32,000 nt of DNA from Candidatus Poseidoniaceae archaeon (GTDB taxonomy: Archaea > Thermoplasmatota > Poseidoniia > Poseidoniales > Poseidoniaceae), in assembly GCA_943789275.1 (NCBI GenBank), contig CALSTM010000001.1:510001-542000 (forward strand). Reading direction: 5' to 3'. The position numbers and the translations under genes are program-made. Every line of letters starts with the position of its first letter. The stretch's first letter is position 1. Under the pieces are notes generated by a model. It worked only from the letters and a program-made list of their open reading frames with translations. It was not told the origin of the DNA and ran no database searches. Shown in pieces: positions 24,574 through 32,000 of the stretch.

Positions 24574-25581
24574 ATGGTAGGGGAGAATGCAGACCTTTTG
24601 CAGCATCCTCGCCGCAACCTTGGTAACAGGTACAGAACTCAAGCACAAAAATTTGCTCGCCTTGCTTCTAAAGACCCTGAGCGATTCGAAGACAACATGT
24701 CTTGGGCTGAACAAAATGCTCGTCAAGCATTGCTTCATGACTTTACTGATGAACGAAATTGGCGGTGCCTCGCCGACATCAAAGTCGTCAACCAAGACGG
24801 CGATGGACTCAGCGCAGTTCTTGAAGACGTCTTCATCGTCTTGGGCCGGGATGCAGAACAGATTGAGCAACTCAAGGAGGTTGATTTCTTACTCGTAGGA
24901 CTCGAACTTTTGGAAGCGGCATTTGCCCGTGACCCCCTTGACCCGGATGCATGGTGGAACATGTATTCCGAGTCGGAAGAAATCGAAGCTGAACTCAAAG
25001 ATTTTGCTGAACGCTGTCGTCGATTGGATTTCAGCGACCAAAGAGCGAACATTGTCTATGCGCGTCGACTCGAACGGATTCGTTCAGGCGGCCGGGAAGG
25101 TCTCTTCATTGAACTGGCCCGTCATCTCCTCGCTCATCGGCCGAACAATCACGAGTTATGGATGGAACTTGGCCGTTTGTACGAACGTCGCTCGGAAATG
25201 GACGAAGCATGGTCTTGCTACGACCACGTTCAACAATTGCAACCTCATCAAACTCCACGCGATGCATTCCTCCAGAGAATCACCGGTAAAATGATGGGTG
25301 AAGAAGCAAAACCTTGGACAGCACCGAGCATTGAAAAACGCTCTCAGTTCCTCGAACAAATGATGCAACTTTCGCAACGGATTTCCAACTTAAGCGAAGA
25401 TTTACCGACTGAAGAAACAAAGGATATCGAGACTGAAAAAGTCAATCCAGACTTGACCAGACTCCAATCCCTTTTGGCTGCAGGAGATGCTTCAGAAGCG
25501 TTCTTCCTCGCACGACGCCTTGTATCACAAGGCGAACAATGGGCCGAAGAGTGGGTTGAAAAAGCCAAAAAAGAATTCTGA
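24574..25581 (+). CDS. Hypothetical helical / TPR-like repeat protein
   Basis: All-helical composition. At least one clear TPR-like unit is visible (HELWMELGRLYERRSEMDEAWSCYDHVQQLQP). The track start is GTG 24565, and the ATG at 24574 is in frame. Confidence 0.5.
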   Translation: MVGENADLLQHPRRNLGNRYRTQAQKFARLASKDPERFEDNMSWAEQNARQALLHDFTDERNWRCLADIKVVNQDGDGLSAVLEDVFIVLGRDAEQIEQLKEVDFLLVGLELLEAAFARDPLDPDAWWNMYSESEEIEAELKDFAERCRRLDFSDQRANIVYARRLERIRSGGREGLFIELARHLLAHRPNNHELWMELGRLYERRSEMDEAWSCYDHVQQLQPHQTPRDAFLQRITGKMMGEEAKPWTAPSIEKRSQFLEQMMQLSQRISNLSEDLPTEETKDIETEKVNPDLTRLQSLLAAGDASEAFFLARRLVSQGEQWAEEWVEKAKKEF

Positions 25582-25590
25582 GGCGAGAAC

Positions 25591-25998
25591 GTGTCACCAA
25601 AGAATGAACCGGTTTTTGTCTTAGCATGGGTTACGACCAGAGCAGAAAAGAGATTTGCACTCGGCAATGGCGGCCGGGTGTTGTTTGTCGAACACCCAGA
25701 ACGAGGGTGGGAAATTCCTGGTGGGCATGTTGAGTTCGAAGAAACTCCAGATGATGCTCTGCTAAGAGAACTGTATGAGGAAACGGGATTGAAAGGGACG
25801 GTTTTGAGATGGAATACGACCTATTATCCAAAGGGCTGGGTTGCACATGTCGTCGTCGAAGATACTGAATTGTTGGAGTGGAACGTTCATGATGAGAATG
25901 TTTCCAATGTGAAATGGTGGAGTGAAGTCCCACCGCTGAAGGAATGGACTGTCGAAGAATTCATAGATTTGTCCGAATGGTGCTGCGGTGAAAATTAA
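25591..25998 (+). CDS. Nudix hydrolase
   Basis: Complete Nudix box GGHVEFEETPDDALLRELYEETGL. The GTG start has GAGG 8 nt upstream. It lies 9 nt downstream of the preceding gene. Confidence 0.85.
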   Translation: MSPKNEPVFVLAWVTTRAEKRFALGNGGRVLFVEHPERGWEIPGGHVEFEETPDDALLRELYEETGLKGTVLRWNTTYYPKGWVAHVVVEDTELLEWNVHDENVSNVKWWSEVPPLKEWTVEEFIDLSEWCCGEN

Positions 25999-27059
25999 AG
26001 CATTGTCAGCGTCGCTAATCGAATATCCCAAAGTCCCTTGAGATGTTGGTCCTCGACAAAACTCTGTACAATTGCAGCCAGCATGGGGTCCTCTACCGAA
26101 TCAGGATTACTGATTATTTCGCTAAACGATTCCAATTTGTCAAAACGATGGGCAAGGCTCACCATTGCACGAAGATCAGGCCGGTCACTTCCAGATGATT
26201 CTTCAGGCATGTTCGAACAACACCAGTTGAATACATTGTCAATATCATCGGGATGTACATTGAGTTCGTGCGCATCTTCTCCAGCCTCTCGGGGTCGAGA
26301 GTTCTCAATCTGGACATGCATTTTTTCAGCAGACGGAACAATCGAAGAACTTGCAAAGTCCAAAAACAATGCACCTCCTTCAATAGCCATGCCAATTTGA
26401 TTGGCCTTAATCGCATGTGCATGCGCATTCCAAGCATGGCGGGCAGCGTTAAACTCGTGACCCAGCGCGGCACAGATTCTGCTTGCACCAAGTCTGGAAA
26501 GGGCAATTGTCTCATCGGCATGCTTGCCGTTTCTTGGAATCTCTGAATACACTGTCAAAGCCATGACTGGTTCGCCACATGCGGTGTGAAGAGCGGCCTT
26601 GTTGATCAACGAGAGATCATGGTCGCGACTGGCAAGCGCTACAGATTTTAGACGAGTTTCTGCCCAAGTCAAATCTTCTTTTGCCCCATCCGCATCTCCT
26701 GCCTCATACTTTGCTAAACCCAGTTCCATTCGAAGTCTTCCTTCAAGAGCGAGGTCCCGAGTCTTTGGACTGCGAGCAATCTCCAAAGCAGCCTCGATGC
26801 TTGGCATCAAGCGATTATCCCCGAGCATTCTGCGTCGAACAAGTGAGAGCGTGGCGGTTTCAGCAGGACTGAGGACGGTTTCGATAAGCGCCAAAAGTTC
26901 AGCAGCATCCAAGAACATTGCCGCTTCAGCAAGAGGCAACCAAGTGTTCCAATTCATTTCTTCACGCCACAAGGTAAGGGTTTCAATATCGACTGGGCCG
27001 TGTTCTCTCCATTTGGAAATAAAATAACCTGGAGCTTGTGGGAACTCTATATCTGACAT
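25995..27059 (-). CDS. Hypothetical all-helical protein, terminal gene of the exosome superoperon
   Basis: A 354-aa ORF whose ATG shares one nucleotide with the DHH gene's TAA (TAATG). The composition is helical-repeat-like (e.g. LEGRLRMELGLAKYEAGDADGAKEDL). I recognise no family. Confidence 0.55.
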   Translation of the reverse strand: MSDIEFPQAPGYFISKWREHGPVDIETLTLWREEMNWNTWLPLAEAAMFLDAAELLALIETVLSPAETATLSLVRRRMLGDNRLMPSIEAALEIARSPKTRDLALEGRLRMELGLAKYEAGDADGAKEDLTWAETRLKSVALASRDHDLSLINKAALHTACGEPVMALTVYSEIPRNGKHADETIALSRLGASRICAALGHEFNAARHAWNAHAHAIKANQIGMAIEGGALFLDFASSSIVPSAEKMHVQIENSRPREAGEDAHELNVHPDDIDNVFNWCCSNMPEESSGSDRPDLRAMVSLAHRFDKLESFSEIISNPDSVEDPMLAAIVQSFVEDQHLKGLWDIRLATLTML

Positions 27060-28060
27060 TATTCTTCACTCCTTGTAATCAGCGCTACTTGCGTTATGAA
27101 AGAAGATTCTGCAGCAATACGGTCGGTTTTTCCACTCCAACCTGCAGCACCAGCGTGACCTCCACCTTCGCCGCCAATCTGTTCAGCAACTTTGGACATG
27201 AGGTTTCCAAGATGAATGCCACGTTGCGTGGTATGGCGTGAGGCACGGGCAGTCAATCGAGTCACTCCATCACGAAACCTGCTCACCAAGGCAATCTCCG
27301 CACCGGTCCCAATCAGAAGGCTTGCTAATCGACCTTCAAGTGTTCCCGAATAGGTGTGAACAATGTTCCATGCACCAGAGTCAATCGAAGTTGCTCTTTC
27401 TAGACCACGCAAGAGACTTCCACGCTCACTGGGTGAAGTCGACTCTGATTCTACAGATTCGACAAAGGATGCATAATCAATATCATCACCTGCGAGTAAA
27501 TCGACGGCTGTTTGAAAGGCACCCTTATCGGCATGTCGGAAACGGGCAGTGTCGGTAAGCAAACCTGCTAAGAGCATCTTACGAACCACTACAGAACGAG
27601 TTTGAGGTGCATGAAGTCGAAGATAGGCGTCCACAATTTGAGTCGTAGCACGTACATCCCATTGCAACAATAAGTCACCTTTGTCCAATTCCCAGTCGCA
27701 AGTCGCATGGTGATCTAAAACGCAAATTGGAATTCCTTCTGGGAGCGACACACCAACTTGGCCAGCTGCTGCTGCATCGACGACGATTATTCCACCAATG
27801 TTCTGTGGCCAGACGGTTTGATGTTCAGATAATTTGCGGAAAGGTGCTTGCAAGGATTCAACCATGCGTTTTGCCGTTCTTCCCAAATGCAGCCCGCAGG
27901 CCATGAGGTTCGGATGTGCAGCCGAGAGGGCGACTGCAGAACCAATGGTGTCCATATCACCGTTTTTTCCAGTAACAATTGGAACAGCACCAATTGAGCA
28001 AGCATCCATGAGCCAATCGTGAAACGATTCAAGGTCTGCATGCTGCTCATCGGCGTTCAT
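27059..28060 (-). CDS. DHH/DHHA1 phosphoesterase (NrnA / RecJ-like)
   Basis: All motifs are present: GDMDTIGS (I), VVDAAAAG (II), VLDHH (III), LLTDTARF (IV) and GGGHAGAAG (DHHA1). The ATG overlaps the prefoldin-beta stop as ATGA. Confidence 0.85.
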   Translation of the reverse strand: MNADEQHADLESFHDWLMDACSIGAVPIVTGKNGDMDTIGSAVALSAAHPNLMACGLHLGRTAKRMVESLQAPFRKLSEHQTVWPQNIGGIIVVDAAAAGQVGVSLPEGIPICVLDHHATCDWELDKGDLLLQWDVRATTQIVDAYLRLHAPQTRSVVVRKMLLAGLLTDTARFRHADKGAFQTAVDLLAGDDIDYASFVESVESESTSPSERGSLLRGLERATSIDSGAWNIVHTYSGTLEGRLASLLIGTGAEIALVSRFRDGVTRLTARASRHTTQRGIHLGNLMSKVAEQIGGEGGGHAGAAGWSGKTDRIAAESSFITQVALITRSEE

Positions 28061-28377
28061 GCGCTCTCCGACCCCGCAAGCATTTGTTTGAGCTGGTCGT
28101 AGGTTGCAAGGAGTTCAGCTTCGCGTCCAGCGAACCTTTCAAGATGTTCTTTGAGGGCAGTAAGCGTTTCTTCAAGTTCCTTAACAAGTGCTTCACGGTC
28201 GAATACCTCAACCATGACCCCGCCCATTTGCTGGTGCAGTGCTAGGTCGTTTGGTTGAGATTTAACCGATTCAAGCGTTGTTTCAAGTTCTAGAACTTGA
28301 GCACGTAGATTTGCCAGTTGTTGACGTGCTGATTGAACTTCGTTAACGACGACTTGCAGTTGTTCCATGTTATCCAT
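28057..28377 (-). CDS. pfdB: Prefoldin beta subunit
   Basis: 106 aa with two long heptad-rich helices flanking a short beta hairpin (MGGVMVEV). AGGTGA lies 4 nt upstream of the ATG. The position in the exosome superoperon is typical. Confidence 0.8.
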   Translation of the reverse strand: MDNMEQLQVVVNEVQSARQQLANLRAQVLELETTLESVKSQPNDLALHQQMGGVMVEVFDREALVKELEETLTALKEHLERFAGREAELLATYDQLKQMLAGSESA

Positions 28378-28394
28378 ACGCTCACCTGTTGTTC

Positions 28395-28676
28395 TCAGTC
28401 GCTTTTGGTTGATGAACCCTCGGACTGGTCCACGAGCGATGAGAGGAGGGAATCGACGGCGATGAGGCCACGCATCCGAGTGTTGAGCATCGCACGCAAA
28501 TCTTTTGCTTTTTCTTCATTCAATTGAAACGAAAAGTGTTCCTTTGAACCAGCCCAAATTATATCTTCGTCGGTGGTGAGTGCATCGGCCAAAGCCTGAG
28601 TGTCCTCACGAGAACTGGATTGAACAGAAAGGGTCAGTGACCACGGCATTGTCAACACTCCACAGAGGGTGTTCAC
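28395..28676 (-). CDS. Pcc1-like KEOPS subunit (tentative)
   Basis: A small ORF with the pattern L.L.V.S.S.EDA.ALADAL...(strand)...DLRAMLNTRMRGLIAV, resembling Pcc1 (LRA-xxN-xxxR). Pcc1 commonly sits next to prefoldin beta in this superoperon. The start is either GTG 28676 (GTGA overlap with the L37Ae stop) or ATG 28649. Confidence 0.5.
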   Translation of the reverse strand: MNTLCGVLTMPWSLTLSVQSSSREDTQALADALTTDEDIIWAGSKEHFSFQLNEEKAKDLRAMLNTRMRGLIAVDSLLSSLVDQSEGSSTKSD

Positions 28677-29032
28677 TCTTCTTCAGTGATTTCGCCTGCA
28701 GCGAGAGCACGTTCGTAATCCATTGCTGCTTGTTGAGCGATGAATGCCATGTCGGCGGTGGTTGCACCTTCGACTGAACGGCGTAGAATTCGACTGTTGG
28801 TATCCGAGGCACGTGTGAATGGTTCCCATGCGCCACCTGCAAAGGTGTGTCCACACTTTCCACAGGACCAGATTCCGACGGATTGACGGGTGACCTTGCG
28901 GTATTGACAAACAGGACAGGTGTACTTGGCGGATTTCTTAGCCAAAGCCGACCCTGCATTACGTCGAACGGATACACCGTATCGAGCTCCAAATCGTGCT
29001 GTTGCGCCTGCTTTTTGTGTTCGCTTTGCCAA
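28673..29032 (-). CDS. rpl37ae: 50S ribosomal protein eL43 (L37Ae), TTG start, with a C-terminal extension
   Basis: MAKRTQKAGATARFGARYG plus the CPVC...CGKC zinc ribbon. The conserved N-terminus is obtained only if TTG at 29032-29030 is the initiator. Confidence 0.9.
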   Translation of the reverse strand: MAKRTQKAGATARFGARYGVSVRRNAGSALAKKSAKYTCPVCQYRKVTRQSVGIWSCGKCGHTFAGGAWEPFTRASDTNSRILRRSVEGATTADMAFIAQQAAMDYERALAAGEITEEE

Positions 29033-29818
29033 TCAGTTCCCCTCCTGGTTTGCTACGAGTGTTCGAAGATCGGTACATCGCTGATGCGCCACATCGAATA
29101 TCTCTGCAAATTCGGCCGGCGTGAACACCCCTCTTAACCCCTTTTGTAGGGAGTGGAGGTGACCCTCGTCTCCGAGCGTAATGTGAATTCGCTCATCGCC
29201 ACCAAGTTCTTCCTCTTCAGATGGGTCGTAAATGTAACGCCCTCCGACACGAGTAAACGATGACATGATAGGTGTTCCATTGACTTTCAGTTTGTAATCT
29301 TCACCAACATCAAATCGTTCAGCAGGAACAATTGCAGTTCGCAAAGCAGCGATTGCCGCAAGTCCGCACGCATCGAAAATATTTCCGCCGTCGGAAAGAA
29401 CGTGGATGTCAATCATGACACCCCAGACTTTCTCACCAGGAACAATGCAGAGACTTTCCATGTCAATGCATCCGGATTCACGGATTCCACGGTCAACAAC
29501 TCGGCCCAGTTCAATGGATTGAGGTGAAGGTGGTCCTGGCTCATACTTTCGGTGAGCGACAGGTCGTAGTTCGGCACCGCACATGAGCGAACCCTGAGTT
29601 GGGCGGTCTGGCCAAGGTGTTCGGAGTTCGAACTTGACACCGGCATAGACAATGGTTTTGCCCATAACGACTTTTGCGGAACCTTCAGCATTGTAAAGGC
29701 AATCGACTTCAAGACTAACTTCACGACCTTCCCATTGAGAACGGCCATCGAGTCTTTGATCGTCTTCAGCGAGGCGAGCGAGTTCTTGGCGAAGCAATGT
29801 TGGCACGAGTTCGACCAT
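29033..29818 (-). CDS. rrp42: Exosome RNase PH-like subunit Rrp42
   Basis: 261 aa with RLDGRSQWEGREVSLEV...AEGSAKV and an RNase PH fold pattern. Its ATG shares one nucleotide with the rrp41 TGA (TGATG), and GGAGG lies upstream. Confidence 0.88.
   Translation of the reverse strand: MVELVPTLLRQELARLAEDDQRLDGRSQWEGREVSLEVDCLYNAEGSAKVVMGKTIVYAGVKFELRTPWPDRPTQGSLMCGAELRPVAHRKYEPGPPSPQSIELGRVVDRGIRESGCIDMESLCIVPGEKVWGVMIDIHVLSDGGNIFDACGLAAIAALRTAIVPAERFDVGEDYKLKVNGTPIMSSFTRVGGRYIYDPSEEEELGGDERIHITLGDEGHLHSLQKGLRGVFTPAEFAEIFDVAHQRCTDLRTLVANQEGN
29041..29046 (-). promoter_or_regulatory. Shine-Dalgarno AGGAGG serving the TTG start of L37Ae
   Basis: The plus strand reads cctcct at 29041-29046, which is AGGAGG on the coding strand. 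It lies 8 nt upstream of the TTG and inside the 3' end of rrp42. Confidence 0.5.
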
Positions 29819-30546
29819 CAGTTTTCCCCTCCTTCGTATCGGCGCTTGAGCGCATCGACCATGATTTCATGAATCTCAGCAGCTGCTTTGAAGTTGTATT
29901 CCATTGCAAGGTTGTATTCATCTGGTGAAAGGTCGCCATCCATTTGGAGGAAAGCAATTTCACCGGTGTTTGGAAGAATACCAACTGGCAAATCTGCTTG
30001 GCCGTAGTTGTCTTCTGCCTTGTCAAGGTCGAGAACAACGATGCCTTCGACTTTTCCTGAAGCGACACCGACAATGAGGTCGCGCATTGGGATTCCAGCG
30101 TCAGCAAGTGCAACTGCTGCAGCGGTAAGGCCAGCACAGCGAGTTCCAGCTTCAGCAGCCAAAATCTCGATTTCTACACGGATTTTTGAGCGTGGATATC
30201 GTTCAACAAGAACGACGGACTCAAGTGCTTCAGCGGTCACCTTGGAGATTTCCCGTGAGCGTCGATTGTAGCCGGGACGAATTCGGTCACCGGTTGAGAA
30301 AGGAGCCATGTTGTATCGCACGTCAATGACTGCACGGTCTTGGCGCTGAATCTTTCGAGGGTGCGCTTCCATAGGCCCGTACACAGCAGCAACTGCCACG
30401 TTCAATCCATGCGTCACCATTGCTGAACCATCTGCAGCAGGAAGAATTCCTGCCTCGATAGAAACTGGTCGCATTTCGTCAAGCTTGCGTCCGTCCAGTC
30501 GTAGACCGTCGTCGCGTAATAATTGTACATCACCGTATCCGCCCAT
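29818..30546 (-). CDS. rrp41: Exosome catalytic RNase PH subunit Rrp41
   Basis: RLDGRKLDEMRPVSIEAGIL..ADGSAMV, VYGPMEAHPRK, RRSREISKV, EAGTRCAGLTAAAVALADAGIPMRDL. The ATG overlaps the rrp4 TAA (TAATG). Confidence 0.92.
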   Translation of the reverse strand: MGGYGDVQLLRDDGLRLDGRKLDEMRPVSIEAGILPAADGSAMVTHGLNVAVAAVYGPMEAHPRKIQRQDRAVIDVRYNMAPFSTGDRIRPGYNRRSREISKVTAEALESVVLVERYPRSKIRVEIEILAAEAGTRCAGLTAAAVALADAGIPMRDLIVGVASGKVEGIVVLDLDKAEDNYGQADLPVGILPNTGEIAFLQMDGDLSPDEYNLAMEYNFKAAAEIHEIMVDALKRRYEGGEN

Positions 30547-31241
30547 TAAGCATCACCATTTTTTGGAGCATTTTTTTCAAGAGCAGTTAAATCTGCTTCG
30601 AATGTGTTTTTGTGTCCTGATTTAACAATCAAGTCAAACGCTTGGCGAGCCCAAGCCGTTCCTTCTGAGTTGCCATCAACCCAAACCTTGCCGTTTTCTC
30701 CGACAATGATTCGGCAATCGCAAGCGTCTCGAAGACGCTGTAGAGTTGCGTTACCTTCACCGCGTAGGCGGTCAAGGTGGTTGATAGGCACCGAGTGTAG
30801 AGAACCTTGCGTGAGTCGTCGAAGGCCGACGCCCTTCATTGTGAGGACAACATTGTGACACTCATCAACTTCTTGAACACGAGCGAGAACGACATCGCCG
30901 ATCCCCATATGTTGACGTGCTGCACCAAATTCTACTTTCCATGGTGCCAGAGACATTGGCAACAGACCTTGGAATGGACCGTTGATGTTCATGAACCAAA
31001 GGTTGTTTCGAACTTCTGCTACTGTGGCAACGATGAGGTCGCCTGAGCGAGGCATGTATGCGCTGTTAATCGGGTCAACAGACACCGTATTGTTGAGTTG
31101 TTTGACCCACCCGAGACGGGTAGCAATGATTGTTTCGTTGTGTGCGATTGCACCACTTCCTACGCGAATCCCGGCAGATGGCCCAATAGCCATACCCGGG
31201 GTCACGAGGCGCAGCTCGGCGCCGTTTTGACCGTTGGACAT
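30546..31241 (-). CDS. rrp4: Exosome RNA-binding cap subunit Rrp4 (N-terminal + S1 + KH domains)
   Basis: VTPGMAIG..., SGDLIVATVAEV (S1), GDVVLARVQEV and CRIIVGENGKVWV (KH). The ATG at 31241 has GGAG 9 nt upstream. An alternative ATG lies at 31277. Confidence 0.85.
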   Translation of the reverse strand: MSNGQNGAELRLVTPGMAIGPSAGIRVGSGAIAHNETIIATRLGWVKQLNNTVSVDPINSAYMPRSGDLIVATVAEVRNNLWFMNINGPFQGLLPMSLAPWKVEFGAARQHMGIGDVVLARVQEVDECHNVVLTMKGVGLRRLTQGSLHSVPINHLDRLRGEGNATLQRLRDACDCRIIVGENGKVWVDGNSEGTAWARQAFDLIVKSGHKNTFEADLTALEKNAPKNGDA

Positions 31242-31324
31242 TTCTTTCTCTCCATTCGTGGCGAATCGCCATCCCATGATAAAACCGACCCATAGAGATT
31301 CTTTCGAACCTCAATAAAAAAGCT

Positions 31325-32000
31325 TCAGAGTTCTTTCATTTCGGTATCGGAAGAGACCCTCATCAATTTGCCATAAATGGTATCTTTCATACCGGCTGGA
31401 ATCTCAATAATTCCGGCCCAAGAACCGTTTTCGAGCCATTGTTCCTTCTCAAGGAACGGGCGTAGAATCCGAGATGAGCCACCATAGGCTGAGCCAGGGA
31501 CTCGTACAGCAAGGCGTATTGATTCAAAAGACAAGGGAATCATGGGCTTAAGCAATTCAAGAGCATCTTTGACTTGGTCGTCCAGTCGCTTGAATGGGTC
31601 AACCGAGTAACGCGACTCTGTCAGTGCCAATTCGATACGAGTTTTGGGATGAGGGCTTTTGGTCTTTGGATCGACGGCTTGCGTATGTATTTCATGAACA
31701 ATCTGCTGGCGCATTTGCTCTACACGAGCCTTACGTTGAGCAGTCGTGAGTTGGATACTTCCTTTAGCAAGAATCGTTTTGGTGATTTCGAAAATATCCT
31801 GCGTCCCAAAGGTCTTCGCAATGGCATCCTCTGTCGGTCGCTCACCACCACGGATGTCATGAAAGACTTCGTCCATGGCCAAAAAAGAATTGAGGTCAAC
31901 TGAAGCAGGTTCAGACTTGAACTCATCAACCAAGTTCGGATCGACCAGTAATTCGTATCGCTTTCCACCTTTTTCCATGCGTGCGAGCACGGCATCATCA
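31325..32000 (-). CDS. SBDS/Sdo1-family ribosome maturation protein. The N-terminus lies beyond the window end
   Basis: ARMEKGGKRYELLVDP, DEVFHDIRGGERP and ILAKGSIQLTTAQRK fit the SBDS family. The frame stays open to position 32000, so the true start is off-window. Confidence 0.88.
   Translation of the reverse strand, partial: DDAVLARMEKGGKRYELLVDPNLVDEFKSEPASVDLNSFLAMDEVFHDIRGGERPTEDAIAKTFGTQDIFEITKTILAKGSIQLTTAQRKARVEQMRQQIVHEIHTQAVDPKTKSPHPKTRIELALTESRYSVDPFKRLDDQVKDALELLKPMIPLSFESIRLAVRVPGSAYGGSSRILRPFLEKEQWLENGSWAGIIEIPAGMKDTIYGKLMRVSSDTEMKEL

Noticed and set aside
1-32000. CRISPR arrays, tandem or long direct repeats, transposases, integrases and prophage genes
   Set aside because: I saw none when reading both strands. 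Every ORF above ~90 aa that I accept is accounted for by housekeeping, transport or hypothetical cellular genes. This was a visual scan only, so a repeat finder should confirm it.

Overview
This is a densely packed archaeal chromosomal window. The archaeal markers are aEF-2, uS12/uS7, exosome subunits Rrp4/Rrp41/Rrp42, SBDS, prefoldin beta, eL43 (L37Ae), isopentenyl phosphate kinase and an archaeal-type ProRS. I support about 34 protein genes. I recognised no rRNA, tRNA, CRISPR array or mobile element by eye. Many neighbouring genes share start/stop overlaps (ATGA, GTGA, TAATG, TGATG), and GGAGG/GGTGA Shine-Dalgarno motifs are common. The taxon is only a guess: a planktonic Thermoplasmatota-like euryarchaeon.

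Gene order, left to right:
- A P-type ATPase (-), which is absent from the ORF track because its stop lies off-window.
- An OPT transporter.
- A split transketolase + MazG-like + transaldolase operon.
- Two small membrane proteins.
- ProRS plus a translationally coupled unknown ORF.
- A minus-strand run of thiolase, an atypical DUF35 protein, a twin-zinc-ribbon protein and a MamK-like actin.
- KptA, a small zinc-ribbon protein, IPK and an IDI1-GGPPS fusion.
- S12-S7-EF2-MOSC on the minus strand.
- A UbiD-like decarboxylase, a TPR-like protein and a Nudix hydrolase.
- The exosome superoperon on the minus strand: SBDS, Rrp4, Rrp41, Rrp42, L37Ae, Pcc1-like and prefoldin beta, extended by a DHH phosphoesterase and an unknown helical protein.

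Best candidates for something undescribed:
1. The MamK-like actin with its twin-zinc-ribbon neighbour.
2. The non-canonical DHH + unknown tail of the exosome superoperon.
3. The isoprenoid neighbourhood, which contains an IDI1-GGPPS fusion, a zinc-less N-terminally extended DUF35 and a UbiD-family candidate decarboxylase.

All family calls come from motif reading by eye and from remembered family sequences. No searches were run.
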